NCBI GenBank assembly: GCA_016839585.1
Contig: JAEOTZ010000001.1
Location: forward strand, 3,076-67,075
Reading direction: 5' to 3'
DNA: 64,000 nt
From: Promethearchaeota archaeon
Lineage (GTDB): Archaea; Asgardarchaeota; Lokiarchaeia; Sigyniarchaeales; SOKP01
Positions within the stretch are counted from its first letter, which is position 1, and every line of letters begins with the position of its first letter. A program made the position numbers and the translations under genes. This document shows positions 51,572-61,613 of this stretch, piece after piece. Below the pieces are notes generated by a model, which saw only the letters and a program-made list of their open reading frames with translations, had not been told where the DNA came from and did no database searches.

Positions 51572-52342
51572 TTAACCTCCTAAAATAGTCTGGTCAGGAA
51601 AATCTTCTATTAGTTTTTTGTCAATACTATAAATGAATTCTGCAATATCTCTATAACAAGACTCTACTATTGATAAATCTATCTCTGGACCACTTAGAGA
51701 ACCTTTTGCACCACTGTGAATTATCTTATTTCTCAGTTTTCTATAGCTTGAGGGTTCATCTGAAAAAATTCTTTGCCATAAAGTGGGAAAAATAGTGGAT
51801 AAATCTATATTTAATAATTGAAACGCACATCTTACAATATCTTTTTCTTGAAAAGATAATTGAATATTTGGGGGCAACAGAGCGTATAATTTTACATTTC
51901 TCAGAAGATCAATATTGTCATAGTTTAATCTTATATTGACTCGTAGTTTTCCTATCCGTTTATTAAACCTTTCTACCACTCCTAACTCATTAAACCCGTT
52001 CTCTCCATAGCGAAGAAATAAATCTTCTAGAGTATTTATATAGGCTATTATCATAAATGCACTTCTTAGATAATCCTCAATTGCAGTTATTAAATTCACA
52101 ATGACATTTTCACATAAAAATGTGAATTTTATTGGATTACTTTCAGAATTTTGAATAATATCTGAATAGATCGAAAATACTCTATTAAAGTTTAAGACAA
52201 AATTAGGAAAAGCTAAAGTGTGTCTATCTTCAATTTTTTCATAGGTATAGAATAAAGATCCTTGTTTATGTTTTAATTCTGTTATTTTTACTATATTATA
52301 GTTTCTAAGAATATCTCGGAATCTATTTTCATCATTAATCAT
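51572..52342 (-). CDS. HEPN-motif protein
   Basis: LITAIEDYLRSAF helix and LRNKIIHSG (R-x4-H). Confidence 0.5.
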   Translation of the reverse strand: MINDENRFRDILRNYNIVKITELKHKQGSLFYTYEKIEDRHTLAFPNFVLNFNRVFSIYSDIIQNSESNPIKFTFLCENVIVNLITAIEDYLRSAFMIIAYINTLEDLFLRYGENGFNELGVVERFNKRIGKLRVNIRLNYDNIDLLRNVKLYALLPPNIQLSFQEKDIVRCAFQLLNIDLSTIFPTLWQRIFSDEPSSYRKLRNKIIHSGAKGSLSGPEIDLSIVESCYRDIAEFIYSIDKKLIEDFPDQTILGG

Positions 52343-52968
52343 AGAAGATCACTTCAATTTACAAATATATTTATTAGAATTACTTAATTGTTTGTTTATA
52401 TTTAAATTTATATTTAATTTCTGTCTTAACCAATAATAAACGCAACAGCAATATATTTTTATCCCTCTACTTACAACTTATGGAAAAACCATTCTAATGA
52501 TTTTTGCTCCTAATTAGGGGACAAATAGTTGTCCTCACAACAGCTGATGAAAATCTACTAATTAATTTGATGTTCATGTTCTTTTTGAAGATAATATCTG
52601 TTGCAAGTGTAGCATCATCGAGGATTTCCAGATTTTAATAATAATTGAAGTAGGATGGTATTTCAGCTGAAAAAATAATAATGCGTTATTAAATCAGCTT
52701 ATAGATATTATGAATAGCTTAAAAATTAATGCTAACCTAAAAAGGACATAAGAAAGACATAACAAATATAAGAATTAGAAATTGTACGTTAATTGGATTA
52801 CTTTTGGCAATAACTTTCAAATATTATTGATTAAGTAAAGAATAAGTTTTTTTAAATTTTACGGTTATTTCACGAAAAATATTGATAATAATATATAGAT
52901 AGACTGCAATTATATTAAAAAGGATATAAAAATGATGTTTAGTTGTTATTTCAATTCATAATTGAATT

Positions 52969-54435
52969 TTATTTTTCCCCATCTAAATCTTCATATAAAT
53001 CACTAAATTGTTCTAATGCTGTTTCTAAATCTTCTATTATATCTCTCGCAAGAACAACTGGATTTGGTAGATTCTCAAAATCTTCAAGACTCTCATCCTT
53101 AAGCCAAAAAATATCCAAATTTGTACTTTCCCTCTGTATTAATTCATCATAAGTAAAAACTTTAAACCTTTCAGTTTCTTTCCTCTCCCTTCGATTTTTA
53201 GGATAATAACATTTAATAAAATCTTTAAGATCTTCATAATTCATAGGATTTTGTTTTAAAGTAAAGTGCTTATTAGTTCTTAGGTCGTAAATCCAAAGAT
53301 TCTCGCTCCATGGTTCTTCACTTGCAGGTTTTCGATCAAAAAATAAAACATTAGCCTTAACTCCTGATGCATAAAATATGCCTGTAGGAAGTCTTAAGAG
53401 AGTGTGAACATCACATTCGTGAAGTAATTTTCTTCTAACAGTTTCCCCTGCTCCACCTTCAAATAATACATTATCTGGTAATACAATGGCAGCTTTTCCG
53501 TTTATTGCTAAAGTTGTTTTTACATGTTGAAGAAAATTCAGTTGTTTATTCGAGGTTGTTGCCCAGAAGTCAGGTCGTTCATAAACCAGAGATTGTTTAT
53601 CCGCTTTTCCCTCACTATTCATTATAGTAATACTACTTTTTTTACCAAATGGAGGATTAGTTAATACCATTTCAAAACGGTCTCCAGGATCAGCGCTAAG
53701 AGAATCACCTACTTCTATAGGGCTTTCTTCACCCCCGATTCCATGTAGATAAAGATTCATGACACACAGTCTAGCAACACCGTCAACAATATCTTTTCCG
53801 AAAAGAGTGTTAAATTTAAGATTTTTTTTCTGTTCTTTATCTAAATTATAAATTTTAGAAATATAATCATGAGCAGCTAAAAGAAACCCTCCAGTTCCAC
53901 AAGCAGGATCATATATTTTCATTTCGAGTTCAGGTTGCATTACTTCAACAATCGTTTTTATGAGGGATCGTGGTGTAAAGTATTGTCCTGCTCCACTTTT
54001 ACTATCCTCGGCATTTTTTTGTAATAGTCCCTCATAAATATCACCTTTCACATCAATATCCAATCCAACCCATGTTTCTTCATTTATAAGCATAATTAGA
54101 CGTTTGAGCTTAGCCGGATCTTGAATTTTATTCTGTGCTTTGCGAAAAATTATTCCAAGCATCCCCTTTTGCTTGCCAAGTTCTATAAGAATATGACGAT
54201 AATGAACTTCTAATGCATCACCATCCCTTTCGAGCAAGCTTTGCCAATCCAACCCAGGAATTATTATTGAAGATTTGTTAAAAGGAGGTTTTGTTTGTTC
54301 ATCAGCCATTTTTAAGAATATTAGATATGTCAGTTGCTCAACATAATCTCCGTAGCTTACTCCATCATCTCTTAAAACATTGCAATAGTTCCATACTTTA
54401 TCTACTATTATAGAACTTTTATTCAACATACTCAC
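52969..54435 (-). CDS. hsdM: Type I restriction-modification system, N6-adenine DNA methyltransferase subunit
   Basis: HsdM N-terminal domain, DPACGTGGFL (motif I), NPPFGKK (motif IV). Confidence 0.9.
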   Translation of the reverse strand: MSMLNKSSIIVDKVWNYCNVLRDDGVSYGDYVEQLTYLIFLKMADEQTKPPFNKSSIIIPGLDWQSLLERDGDALEVHYRHILIELGKQKGMLGIIFRKAQNKIQDPAKLKRLIMLINEETWVGLDIDVKGDIYEGLLQKNAEDSKSGAGQYFTPRSLIKTIVEVMQPELEMKIYDPACGTGGFLLAAHDYISKIYNLDKEQKKNLKFNTLFGKDIVDGVARLCVMNLYLHGIGGEESPIEVGDSLSADPGDRFEMVLTNPPFGKKSSITIMNSEGKADKQSLVYERPDFWATTSNKQLNFLQHVKTTLAINGKAAIVLPDNVLFEGGAGETVRRKLLHECDVHTLLRLPTGIFYASGVKANVLFFDRKPASEEPWSENLWIYDLRTNKHFTLKQNPMNYEDLKDFIKCYYPKNRRERKETERFKVFTYDELIQRESTNLDIFWLKDESLEDFENLPNPVVLARDIIEDLETALEQFSDLYEDLDGEK

Positions 54436-55141
54436 CTAAATTCTTTTGTTTTGATTCTCGATTTTGGTTTTTTTTTTGAGAAGCCTTTTTATTTAAATTA
54501 TTATTTACAGGATTTTCATTATCCTGTAATTGGGAAATTAAATTTCCTTCAAATGCGGATTTTAAAATGCTTTGGCGTAACTTATCTGATTTTTTAATTA
54601 TTGATTTAAACAAATTCACCCCATAATCTAATTTAGTGAACACTTCTTCAATTTTTTCTACTATAATGCGTTGTTCATTAATAGAAGGTATAGGAATTGG
54701 AATTAGTTTCATTCTAGTCTGATTTAATTTATATCTAGTAGTGCCTGTAATATAATCTCTGTAGTTAAATACATTTAGATAATGAAGTAAAAAGGAATTT
54801 AATAAAACACCTTTTATTGCTTTTAATACATGAGCATGGTTATTTACCCAAGTCTTTCCTCTAATCATATATGCTTTGGGTTTAGATGGATCTAAAAAAG
54901 GAGCTCCATCTTCGCCTAATAATATTAGTTCTTCATCAAATATAAAATCATCAATCCATCCTATTTGTCCAGTCGCACCATAATATGGATAAAGTTCAGT
55001 AATATCTTTTCCAGCGATTCTGTCATTTCTATCAGAGGAATTAATGGGAACTCGTTGACTATCTAGAATCTCAACACAATCTTTTAATTTCATCCATTCC
55101 CAATGAGATGGTAAGTCTGCCAAAGATGTCAATTCAGTCAA
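54419..55141 (-). CDS. hsdS: Type I R-M specificity subunit, half-size (single target-recognition domain)
   Basis: 240 aa. One TRD (WEWMKLKDC...YPYYGATG...) plus one conserved helical region (INEQRIIVEKIEE). Overlaps hsdR by 4 nt and hsdM by 17 nt. Confidence 0.8.
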   Translation of the reverse strand: MTELTSLADLPSHWEWMKLKDCVEILDSQRVPINSSDRNDRIAGKDITELYPYYGATGQIGWIDDFIFDEELILLGEDGAPFLDPSKPKAYMIRGKTWVNNHAHVLKAIKGVLLNSFLLHYLNVFNYRDYITGTTRYKLNQTRMKLIPIPIPSINEQRIIVEKIEEVFTKLDYGVNLFKSIIKKSDKLRQSILKSAFEGNLISQLQDNENPVNNNLNKKASQKKNQNRESKQKNLGEYVE

Positions 55142-57891
55142 ACAGAAAGTACCTCATTTAATTCGTCTAAAATATAAATAAGTTCTTGCTTAAAAAGTTG
55201 ATAAGCTCTAAATGGTCCACCCTTCTCATAGAACGGAGCTAATTCAAAATCATCCATTTCAATTTTTAGACTACTAGTAATATGATCTTTTATCATATTT
55301 AGCCATTCTAATTGTTCAGATGTGAAATTTTTACCCATACTTAGTTGAATATCCAACCATTCATTAAAGTTCCTATTAATCGTTTCATAATAAGGTTCAA
55401 GAATTTCACTTTCACCTAAAGTAAATCGAATGATTGATATTATATTTGTTAACAATTTTTGCGGTCCGGCATTTCTTACTTTTGATTTTTCCAATTGTTC
55501 ATAAGCTTGCCATAACTGTTCAGTTGTAAAATTGTAAGGGGGTTTTTCGATTGATTCACTTAATTCCTTAATTTGTTCATAAGTAAGATGTCTTTTACCA
55601 TATGGTTGATTAAAAATGATTTGTAGAGCAGTAATCTCATCCTTATTCTCTTCAATAAATTTTTTAAATGTATCTATAAAGGTTTGAGCTTTCTCTTTAG
55701 CTTGAGGGTCCCAGCTAGCAAAAATTGTTTTATCTATACTTATTTTATCCAGCACTTGTTCATTTTTCTTCTTTATTTCAATTAAGAAATTTCTTAAATT
55801 AGGATTATCAAAAGGTTTACATGCGGATTCTTTCAATTCATTCGAAACTTCTTCTTTTTGTTCTTCTGAAGGAGTTTCAGTTTGAAATTTTTCCTTTGCC
55901 CTTTCATTTATGATATCAGGATCGAGAGCATCAAATATATTATTAGTCATTTCCTGTAATGTAATTCCTCCTGAAATTTCCTCAATTTTTTCTCGGTCAT
56001 TTGATTCTAGTGTGCGATCTAGCCTTGCGAGACGATTTGAAAGAGTCAAAATTGTATCTTCGTCTCGTACACCAACAGCTACTTGTTGTAGTAATTTATC
56101 AAAAGGAACACTTGGTTTTCGTTCTAGAGGTCTTGAGTCAGTTTTATCGCCTTCACACACTCCAACAGCATCTACAATTACAAAATGGGTTTTATTTTTT
56201 ACGTTAGGAGTAACAGCTTGTAAATCTGTAGAGGATATAACCCGAGTTCCTCTACCTTTCATTTGTTCGAAATATACTCTTGATTTAACATTTCTCATAA
56301 ATAAAAGGCATTCTACGGGTTTAATATCTGTACCAGTAGAAATCATATCTACAGTTACAACAATTCGAGGGTTATAAGAGTTTCGGAATAATGCAATTAA
56401 ATTTTCAGGTTTTTCACCAGTGGTTTTATAAGTAATTTTTTCGCAAAATTTGTTTCCTTTTCCAAAGATTTCTCGTGTAATTCTTACAATGTCTTCTGCA
56501 TGTGAATCATCTTTTGCAAAAATAATTGTTTTAGGAACAGTATTTCTTCCCGGAAAAATTTGCGTAAACAAATTATCTTTAAATGTTCTTATGACTGTCC
56601 TTATTTGGTCAACTGCCACAACATCTCTATCTAATTGTTTTGCTTCATATTCATAGTCATCATCTAATTGTTCCCATCTAACGCTTCGTGTTAATTTGTC
56701 TCTTTTATCAATGTAATATCCTGCTTCGATTCTACTACCTTTTTCTGTGATTTCCGTTTGTATTCTGAACACGTCATAACCCACATTAATTCCATCTGCT
56801 ACAGCTCTTTCATGGCTATATTCCATTACTAAATTTTGATTAAAGAATCCAAGAGTCTGTTTTGAGGGGGTGGCGGTTAATCCAATAATAAAAGCATCAA
56901 AATATTCCAGAACTTGACGCCATAAGTTATATATCGAACGATGACACTCATCAGTAATTATAAAATCAAATGTTTCAATAGGTATATTAGGATTATAGCT
57001 TATTTCTTTAGGCTTATCATCCTTAGGAGCTATTTCATACAACGACTTTTCTTCAAGTTCTTCATCAATCTCAGGTTCATTTTTTAACATGGAATAAAGT
57101 CGTTGAATTGTAGTAATACAGACTCGACTTACGGGATCAAACACGTTTGAGGTTAGATGCTGGATATTGTAAAGTTCTGTAAATTTTCTTCCATCATCAG
57201 GTGTAATATACTGTTCGAATTCTCTTTTTGTTTGTCTTGCTAAATTATTCCTATCTACAAGAAATAGAACTCGTTTCGCATTAGCAAACTTAATTAGTCT
57301 ATATACAAAACTCACTGATGTAAAAGTTTTTCCACTTCCGGTTGCCATTTGGATTAATGATTTTGGTTCATTTTGAGCTAGAGATTTTTCAAGATTCTTT
57401 ATAGCTTTAATCTGAGGATCCCATAATCTTTCTTCAATAAGAGTGGGCAATTCTCTAAGTCTAGCTCTTAAAGTTTCATATTTTTTAGCCCATTTATATA
57501 AAGTTTCAGGGGTGTGAAATGAAAATACCCTTCTACTTCGATGATCTGGGTCCCTCATATCTCTGAAAAAAGTCTCAGTTCCCGTACTTTCATAACCAAA
57601 AGGGAGTGGTACTCCAATTTTAGCATAATTTTCGGGAACTCCATGCAGATATTTATCAGTTTGTATTTCCACACCACTTAATGTAGTTCCTTCTGGTTTT
57701 GCTTCAACAGCACCCGCAAGCTTTCGGTCAATAAAAAGTAAATAATCAGCAAATCCAGTCTCCAGTGGGAATTCTCTTACAGCGATTCCTAAAGAAGCTC
57801 CTAAATTAATTTGATTATAATCCTGAACAACCCAATCCGCTTGTTCTAATAAATGATCAATTTTTTTCCGCGCGCTTTCTTCAGGTCTCAT
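55138..57891 (-). CDS. hsdR: Type I restriction enzyme R subunit (EcoEI-like C-terminal domain)
   Basis: N-terminal PD-(D/E)xK-like ADYLLFIDRKLAGAVEAK, Walker A MATGSGKTFT, DEAH-type ITDECHRS, helicase C-terminal motifs. Confidence 0.9.
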   Translation of the reverse strand: MRPEESARKKIDHLLEQADWVVQDYNQINLGASLGIAVREFPLETGFADYLLFIDRKLAGAVEAKPEGTTLSGVEIQTDKYLHGVPENYAKIGVPLPFGYESTGTETFFRDMRDPDHRSRRVFSFHTPETLYKWAKKYETLRARLRELPTLIEERLWDPQIKAIKNLEKSLAQNEPKSLIQMATGSGKTFTSVSFVYRLIKFANAKRVLFLVDRNNLARQTKREFEQYITPDDGRKFTELYNIQHLTSNVFDPVSRVCITTIQRLYSMLKNEPEIDEELEEKSLYEIAPKDDKPKEISYNPNIPIETFDFIITDECHRSIYNLWRQVLEYFDAFIIGLTATPSKQTLGFFNQNLVMEYSHERAVADGINVGYDVFRIQTEITEKGSRIEAGYYIDKRDKLTRSVRWEQLDDDYEYEAKQLDRDVVAVDQIRTVIRTFKDNLFTQIFPGRNTVPKTIIFAKDDSHAEDIVRITREIFGKGNKFCEKITYKTTGEKPENLIALFRNSYNPRIVVTVDMISTGTDIKPVECLLFMRNVKSRVYFEQMKGRGTRVISSTDLQAVTPNVKNKTHFVIVDAVGVCEGDKTDSRPLERKPSVPFDKLLQQVAVGVRDEDTILTLSNRLARLDRTLESNDREKIEEISGGITLQEMTNNIFDALDPDIINERAKEKFQTETPSEEQKEEVSNELKESACKPFDNPNLRNFLIEIKKKNEQVLDKISIDKTIFASWDPQAKEKAQTFIDTFKKFIEENKDEITALQIIFNQPYGKRHLTYEQIKELSESIEKPPYNFTTEQLWQAYEQLEKSKVRNAGPQKLLTNIISIIRFTLGESEILEPYYETINRNFNEWLDIQLSMGKNFTSEQLEWLNMIKDHITSSLKIEMDDFELAPFYEKGGPFRAYQLFKQELIYILDELNEVLSV

Positions 57892-58055
57892 AATTCCCGA
57901 TTTAAAAAGGAATAATTAAAAAATTAGTTTTATTCTAACTGAAGTTTTCAGTCTTTAGTTAAAATATAAAAGCAACTTAATTTAAATTTTTATTATGTTT
58001 TTATTGAATTTTCTTAGTAAATTAATATTCTTTGATAAAAATAGAATATATCTAT

Positions 58056-59078
58056 TTACTGGGAGTTATTTTGCTCAAGTTCTAAATATTCACCTAATGT
58101 GATATCTGGATTATTTTTATTCTTCCAAACCCTTGGTCCGCTATAATGTCCCCCAGAAACGAAAGCTGCGGCTCCTGAAGATGACCTAAATTCTTGATCT
58201 TCAGTTAGAAGATAGTTTCGTCCCTCTGTTTGCCTTAGGAGTATTCTTTCTTCAATTAATTTGGCTCTTCTTTCAAAAATTTTTTTTTTTTGCTTAGGAA
58301 AAGTATCCAGGTAATCTTCTACTATGATCGAGTCTTTAAGTACAACAAAACCCGTATCAGCACGGTACATAATGGCATTAGCTCCCCTTTCTGAACAAAT
58401 AAAGTAGTTTTTTTCATCCCCTTCATCAACTTTTATTTTTTCTTTTAATATAGAAATTCCAAGTTGTTCCAGAATGATTTTAATTTTAATAAAAAAATCA
58501 TATAAAATGTCTTTATCAATTAAATTTAATTTACCTGAATAGTTTTCAGTCTTGTTTAGAATCCGAAAATTATCCGATTTTCTTGCCTCTTGAATAATTT
58601 TTGCTTCAATTGCTTTTCTTAATGAATCTCCTATTCCCGCACCGCCTAGCTTTAGTGATTTTGAGAAGAAGAAGATTTCCGAAAGAAATTCCCATTCTTC
58701 ATTTAGAATTGTTTCTTCATCTATTTCCTTATAACTTCCAAAATGTTGTTTTATCCTTCCTTTAAAATTCCCTGTCTCACCAATATAGGCAATACCCTCT
58801 TTCACTCCTTCTATATCTTCTCCGAATAATATATAAACTCCATCGATATTTTCTGTTCTATTAACTATTTCGCCAACTATATCTTTCTTTTTCTCTTCTT
58901 CTATCTCAAAATCTAATTTCATATTATTTCTTAATAAATCTATGTAAAATTGACGATTTATTTTTATAACTTGTCCATCCCATCCATCAATGTCTAAAAA
59001 TTGAAGGCGATCATCTGAGAATGGTAAGTATGAACTAATTCTTGTGGAAATATTAATATCTGGAAACATAATTTTCAC
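58056..59078 (-). CDS. GIY-YIG nuclease domain protein with DUF4357-like C-terminal domain
   Basis: GVYILFG...IAYIGETGNFKGRIKQH (GIY-YIG); C-terminal FRSSSGAAAFVSGGHYSGPRVWKN (DUF4357-type). Confidence 0.6.
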   Translation of the reverse strand: MKIMFPDINISTRISSYLPFSDDRLQFLDIDGWDGQVIKINRQFYIDLLRNNMKLDFEIEEEKKKDIVGEIVNRTENIDGVYILFGEDIEGVKEGIAYIGETGNFKGRIKQHFGSYKEIDEETILNEEWEFLSEIFFFSKSLKLGGAGIGDSLRKAIEAKIIQEARKSDNFRILNKTENYSGKLNLIDKDILYDFFIKIKIILEQLGISILKEKIKVDEGDEKNYFICSERGANAIMYRADTGFVVLKDSIIVEDYLDTFPKQKKKIFERRAKLIEERILLRQTEGRNYLLTEDQEFRSSSGAAAFVSGGHYSGPRVWKNKNNPDITLGEYLELEQNNSQ

Positions 59079-59258
59079 AATTTATGTTATTTTGCCATAG
59101 TTTTGGTTAATAAAATAAATTCTAAATTAAAATTTTTAAATAGAATTGATTTCACACTAGTTATATAACTCATTATATTTATATTCAATTTTCTCCATTT
59201 TCAATAGATCTCCTAAATCAATTAATATCGAAAGACTAGAAGTATAATCTATTCATAA

Positions 59259-59798
59259 TTATGGATTTTTATCTTTATCATAAGCCCATATAGCTAGATC
59301 AACTTCTTGTGGATGCCATCCTAACTTATTAGCTAATTCTTTAATCTTTTTTAGATATTCTAAATATTGATTTATTGTATATGAGTCTCTTTCTTCAGAA
59401 AAAAGTTGCCTCCAAACCCTAAAGTCAATAACAGCATATTTTTCAGGAAAGCAAAGTGCAAGAATTGCTGATGCAATTCTAACATTAATTCCCCGAGGAA
59501 CCATAAGTGTTTTAATTTTAAGATAAGTTTCATAATCTCTATTGGTATGGGTGATCTTAAAAGCTAGTTTTGTAAAATTTTGAGCAATTTCATTAGTAAT
59601 TTCGATAAATCTCTTTTCTTTTTGCCTACCATATTGAGTTAATAATTTCCATTGTAGTATTTTATCAAGTTCTTTTAATTTCAAATAAAAAGGATCCCTT
59701 TCTTTCATAAGGCTTTTCAAAAATATCTTAATTCTTTGAGTTTTCTCATAATCCTCGGCCTTATGGCGATACTCCTTAATATCTTTTATTTCAATCAT
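59259..59798 (-). CDS. Hypothetical protein, possibly HhH / OGG-fold-like
   Basis: GINVRIASAILALCFPEKYAVIDFRVW resembles the helix-hairpin-helix segment of small OGG-fold proteins. Pattern match only. Confidence 0.3.
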   Translation of the reverse strand: MIEIKDIKEYRHKAEDYEKTQRIKIFLKSLMKERDPFYLKLKELDKILQWKLLTQYGRQKEKRFIEITNEIAQNFTKLAFKITHTNRDYETYLKIKTLMVPRGINVRIASAILALCFPEKYAVIDFRVWRQLFSEERDSYTINQYLEYLKKIKELANKLGWHPQEVDLAIWAYDKDKNP

Positions 59799-60021
59799 GA
59801 ATTACACATTTTAAATTTTTTATCACACTATTCTTTTTAAAAATTAAATTATATAACGAAAACCCGAATTATATTGTCAATCATCCATTTTTTCATGTGA
59901 ATTACAAGGTGTTTCAAAATTTTCAATTTCGCAAATACTTTAAATTTTTCTTATAGAGCAGTAATTATAGTCTTGGTTCAAATTTTGTGAAGTTTTAATT
60001 TCATCAAAAATTTTGAATTAT

Positions 60022-61119
60022 TTATAGGTTATTTTTAATGTAATAGTGAATACAAATAACTTTATGTTCTTTTTTTTCAATTCTAGGTTTCAGCAAAATT
60101 TTATGATTCCTAATTTTACTAGTATAAACTGAACTGTTCACCATTTCAAATCTATCAGGCATCTGATCTAAAATTGCAGCTATATTTTGAGCGGCTAATA
60201 TTGTCCTATCTCTGGCTAAAATATAAATAGAACTTATACCTTCCTCTTCACACTTGAAAACCCATTGAATATAAGGATCAAGATTTAGATCTCCAGTTTT
60301 AGTAAATACTTTACTATACCTACCAATCATAACAATGCTTATTTTGATGTTAGTACCACGAAAAGTTGGATTTATATCTTCTCCTGCTTTTCTATATGCA
60401 AATTCCTTAATTTTTTCAAAAAAAGATGTTGGTTCTTTAAAATATTCAATATTTGGAGGTTCTGGATAATATTTTAATCCATAATCCTTTATTTCCTTTA
60501 ATAAAATTCTTGTAAATACACCTCTCTCAGTTAATACTTCCAAAATATTGATATTTTCCTTTAATTTCTCATCTTCATCCAATTTAGGTGATAAATGATA
60601 ATCAATGAAATAATTTAATTTAGATTTGTTCTGATTAAAAATTAAATTCTTAACAAACTGCCAATCAATTGAATTCATTAGGTGAGGTTCAATGTAACGT
60701 CGGGAATTAGGTATTAATATATCTTTTATGCTAAACATTGATGCTCGTACAAAGTTTTCATCCTGATTTTTTTTATCTTTTAATACTACTATTACTTTAT
60801 CTTCTTTATGTTCAACTCTTTCCTTCTCAAAACTGAAAGGATTGATAAATTTTATAGAGGTTTTAAAAGGTATTAAACCTTCACATTCCTTATTTATTTC
60901 CTTTCTGTAAGTATTCATCTTAGATTGAATATCTTTAGAGATATGTATTTTTTTAAATTTTTTACCTGTAAAAGAAAACCACCTTGCTAAGATTGATTCC
61001 CATTTTTCTACTTTTTCTGGGTGTGTCAGGAAATAAATTAGTAAAATTGCTAAAACACCTGTAATTGACCAGGAAGCTATTAAAAGATTTATTAAATCTA
61101 TGAATTCATTAAATATCAT
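60022..61119 (-). CDS. N-terminally membrane-anchored hypothetical protein
   Basis: One TM (LLIASWSITGVLAILLIYFL) plus a 330-aa unrecognised domain. Overlaps the upstream small ORF by 11 nt. Confidence 0.4.
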   Translation of the reverse strand: MIFNEFIDLINLLIASWSITGVLAILLIYFLTHPEKVEKWESILARWFSFTGKKFKKIHISKDIQSKMNTYRKEINKECEGLIPFKTSIKFINPFSFEKERVEHKEDKVIVVLKDKKNQDENFVRASMFSIKDILIPNSRRYIEPHLMNSIDWQFVKNLIFNQNKSKLNYFIDYHLSPKLDEDEKLKENINILEVLTERGVFTRILLKEIKDYGLKYYPEPPNIEYFKEPTSFFEKIKEFAYRKAGEDINPTFRGTNIKISIVMIGRYSKVFTKTGDLNLDPYIQWVFKCEEEGISSIYILARDRTILAAQNIAAILDQMPDRFEMVNSSVYTSKIRNHKILLKPRIEKKEHKVICIHYYIKNNL

Positions 61120-61360
61120 CCTTTTTTACTTCCTCATTAAGTTTTAAATAATTTTCATAACAGGATTCCTTATTACATAGAAAAATAAATTTGTTCTTCT
61201 TGATCATTAAAGCACAAATATTATCAATTTTTATAGTCTCATTACAACAATAACATTTGATATTACCTTCTTTGAAATCATCAGAAAGTCCAATTTTTAT
61301 TAAGAATTGCTCTAAGTCATCTAGATATAAAACATCTAAAGTTTTTTTCTTAATGCTCAT
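61109..61360 (-). CDS. Small Cys-rich protein
   Basis: 83 aa with CYCC...C...C-x4-C. Translationally coupled to 60022..61119. Confidence 0.35.
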   Translation of the reverse strand: MSIKKKTLDVLYLDDLEQFLIKIGLSDDFKEGNIKCYCCNETIKIDNICALMIKKNKFIFLCNKESCYENYLKLNEEVKKDDI

Positions 61361-61613
61361 ATTTTATACACTAAAATAAATTCTTCAGAAAGGATTACAA
61401 TATTATATATTTTTGTCAATTATATTATTATTTAATACTTCTTAGTATTTTAATTAAATGATATTGAAAGATGAAAAAATCGAACAGGACATTATCATTT
61501 TAATTCTTTCATCTTTGAACTATTCTTGGAGTAGTAGAATCAATATCTCCCATATCTTTTAGAAATTGGCAGTACTTAACTTATATCTCCTATCCTTTCA
61601 TTAGGTTATTTCT

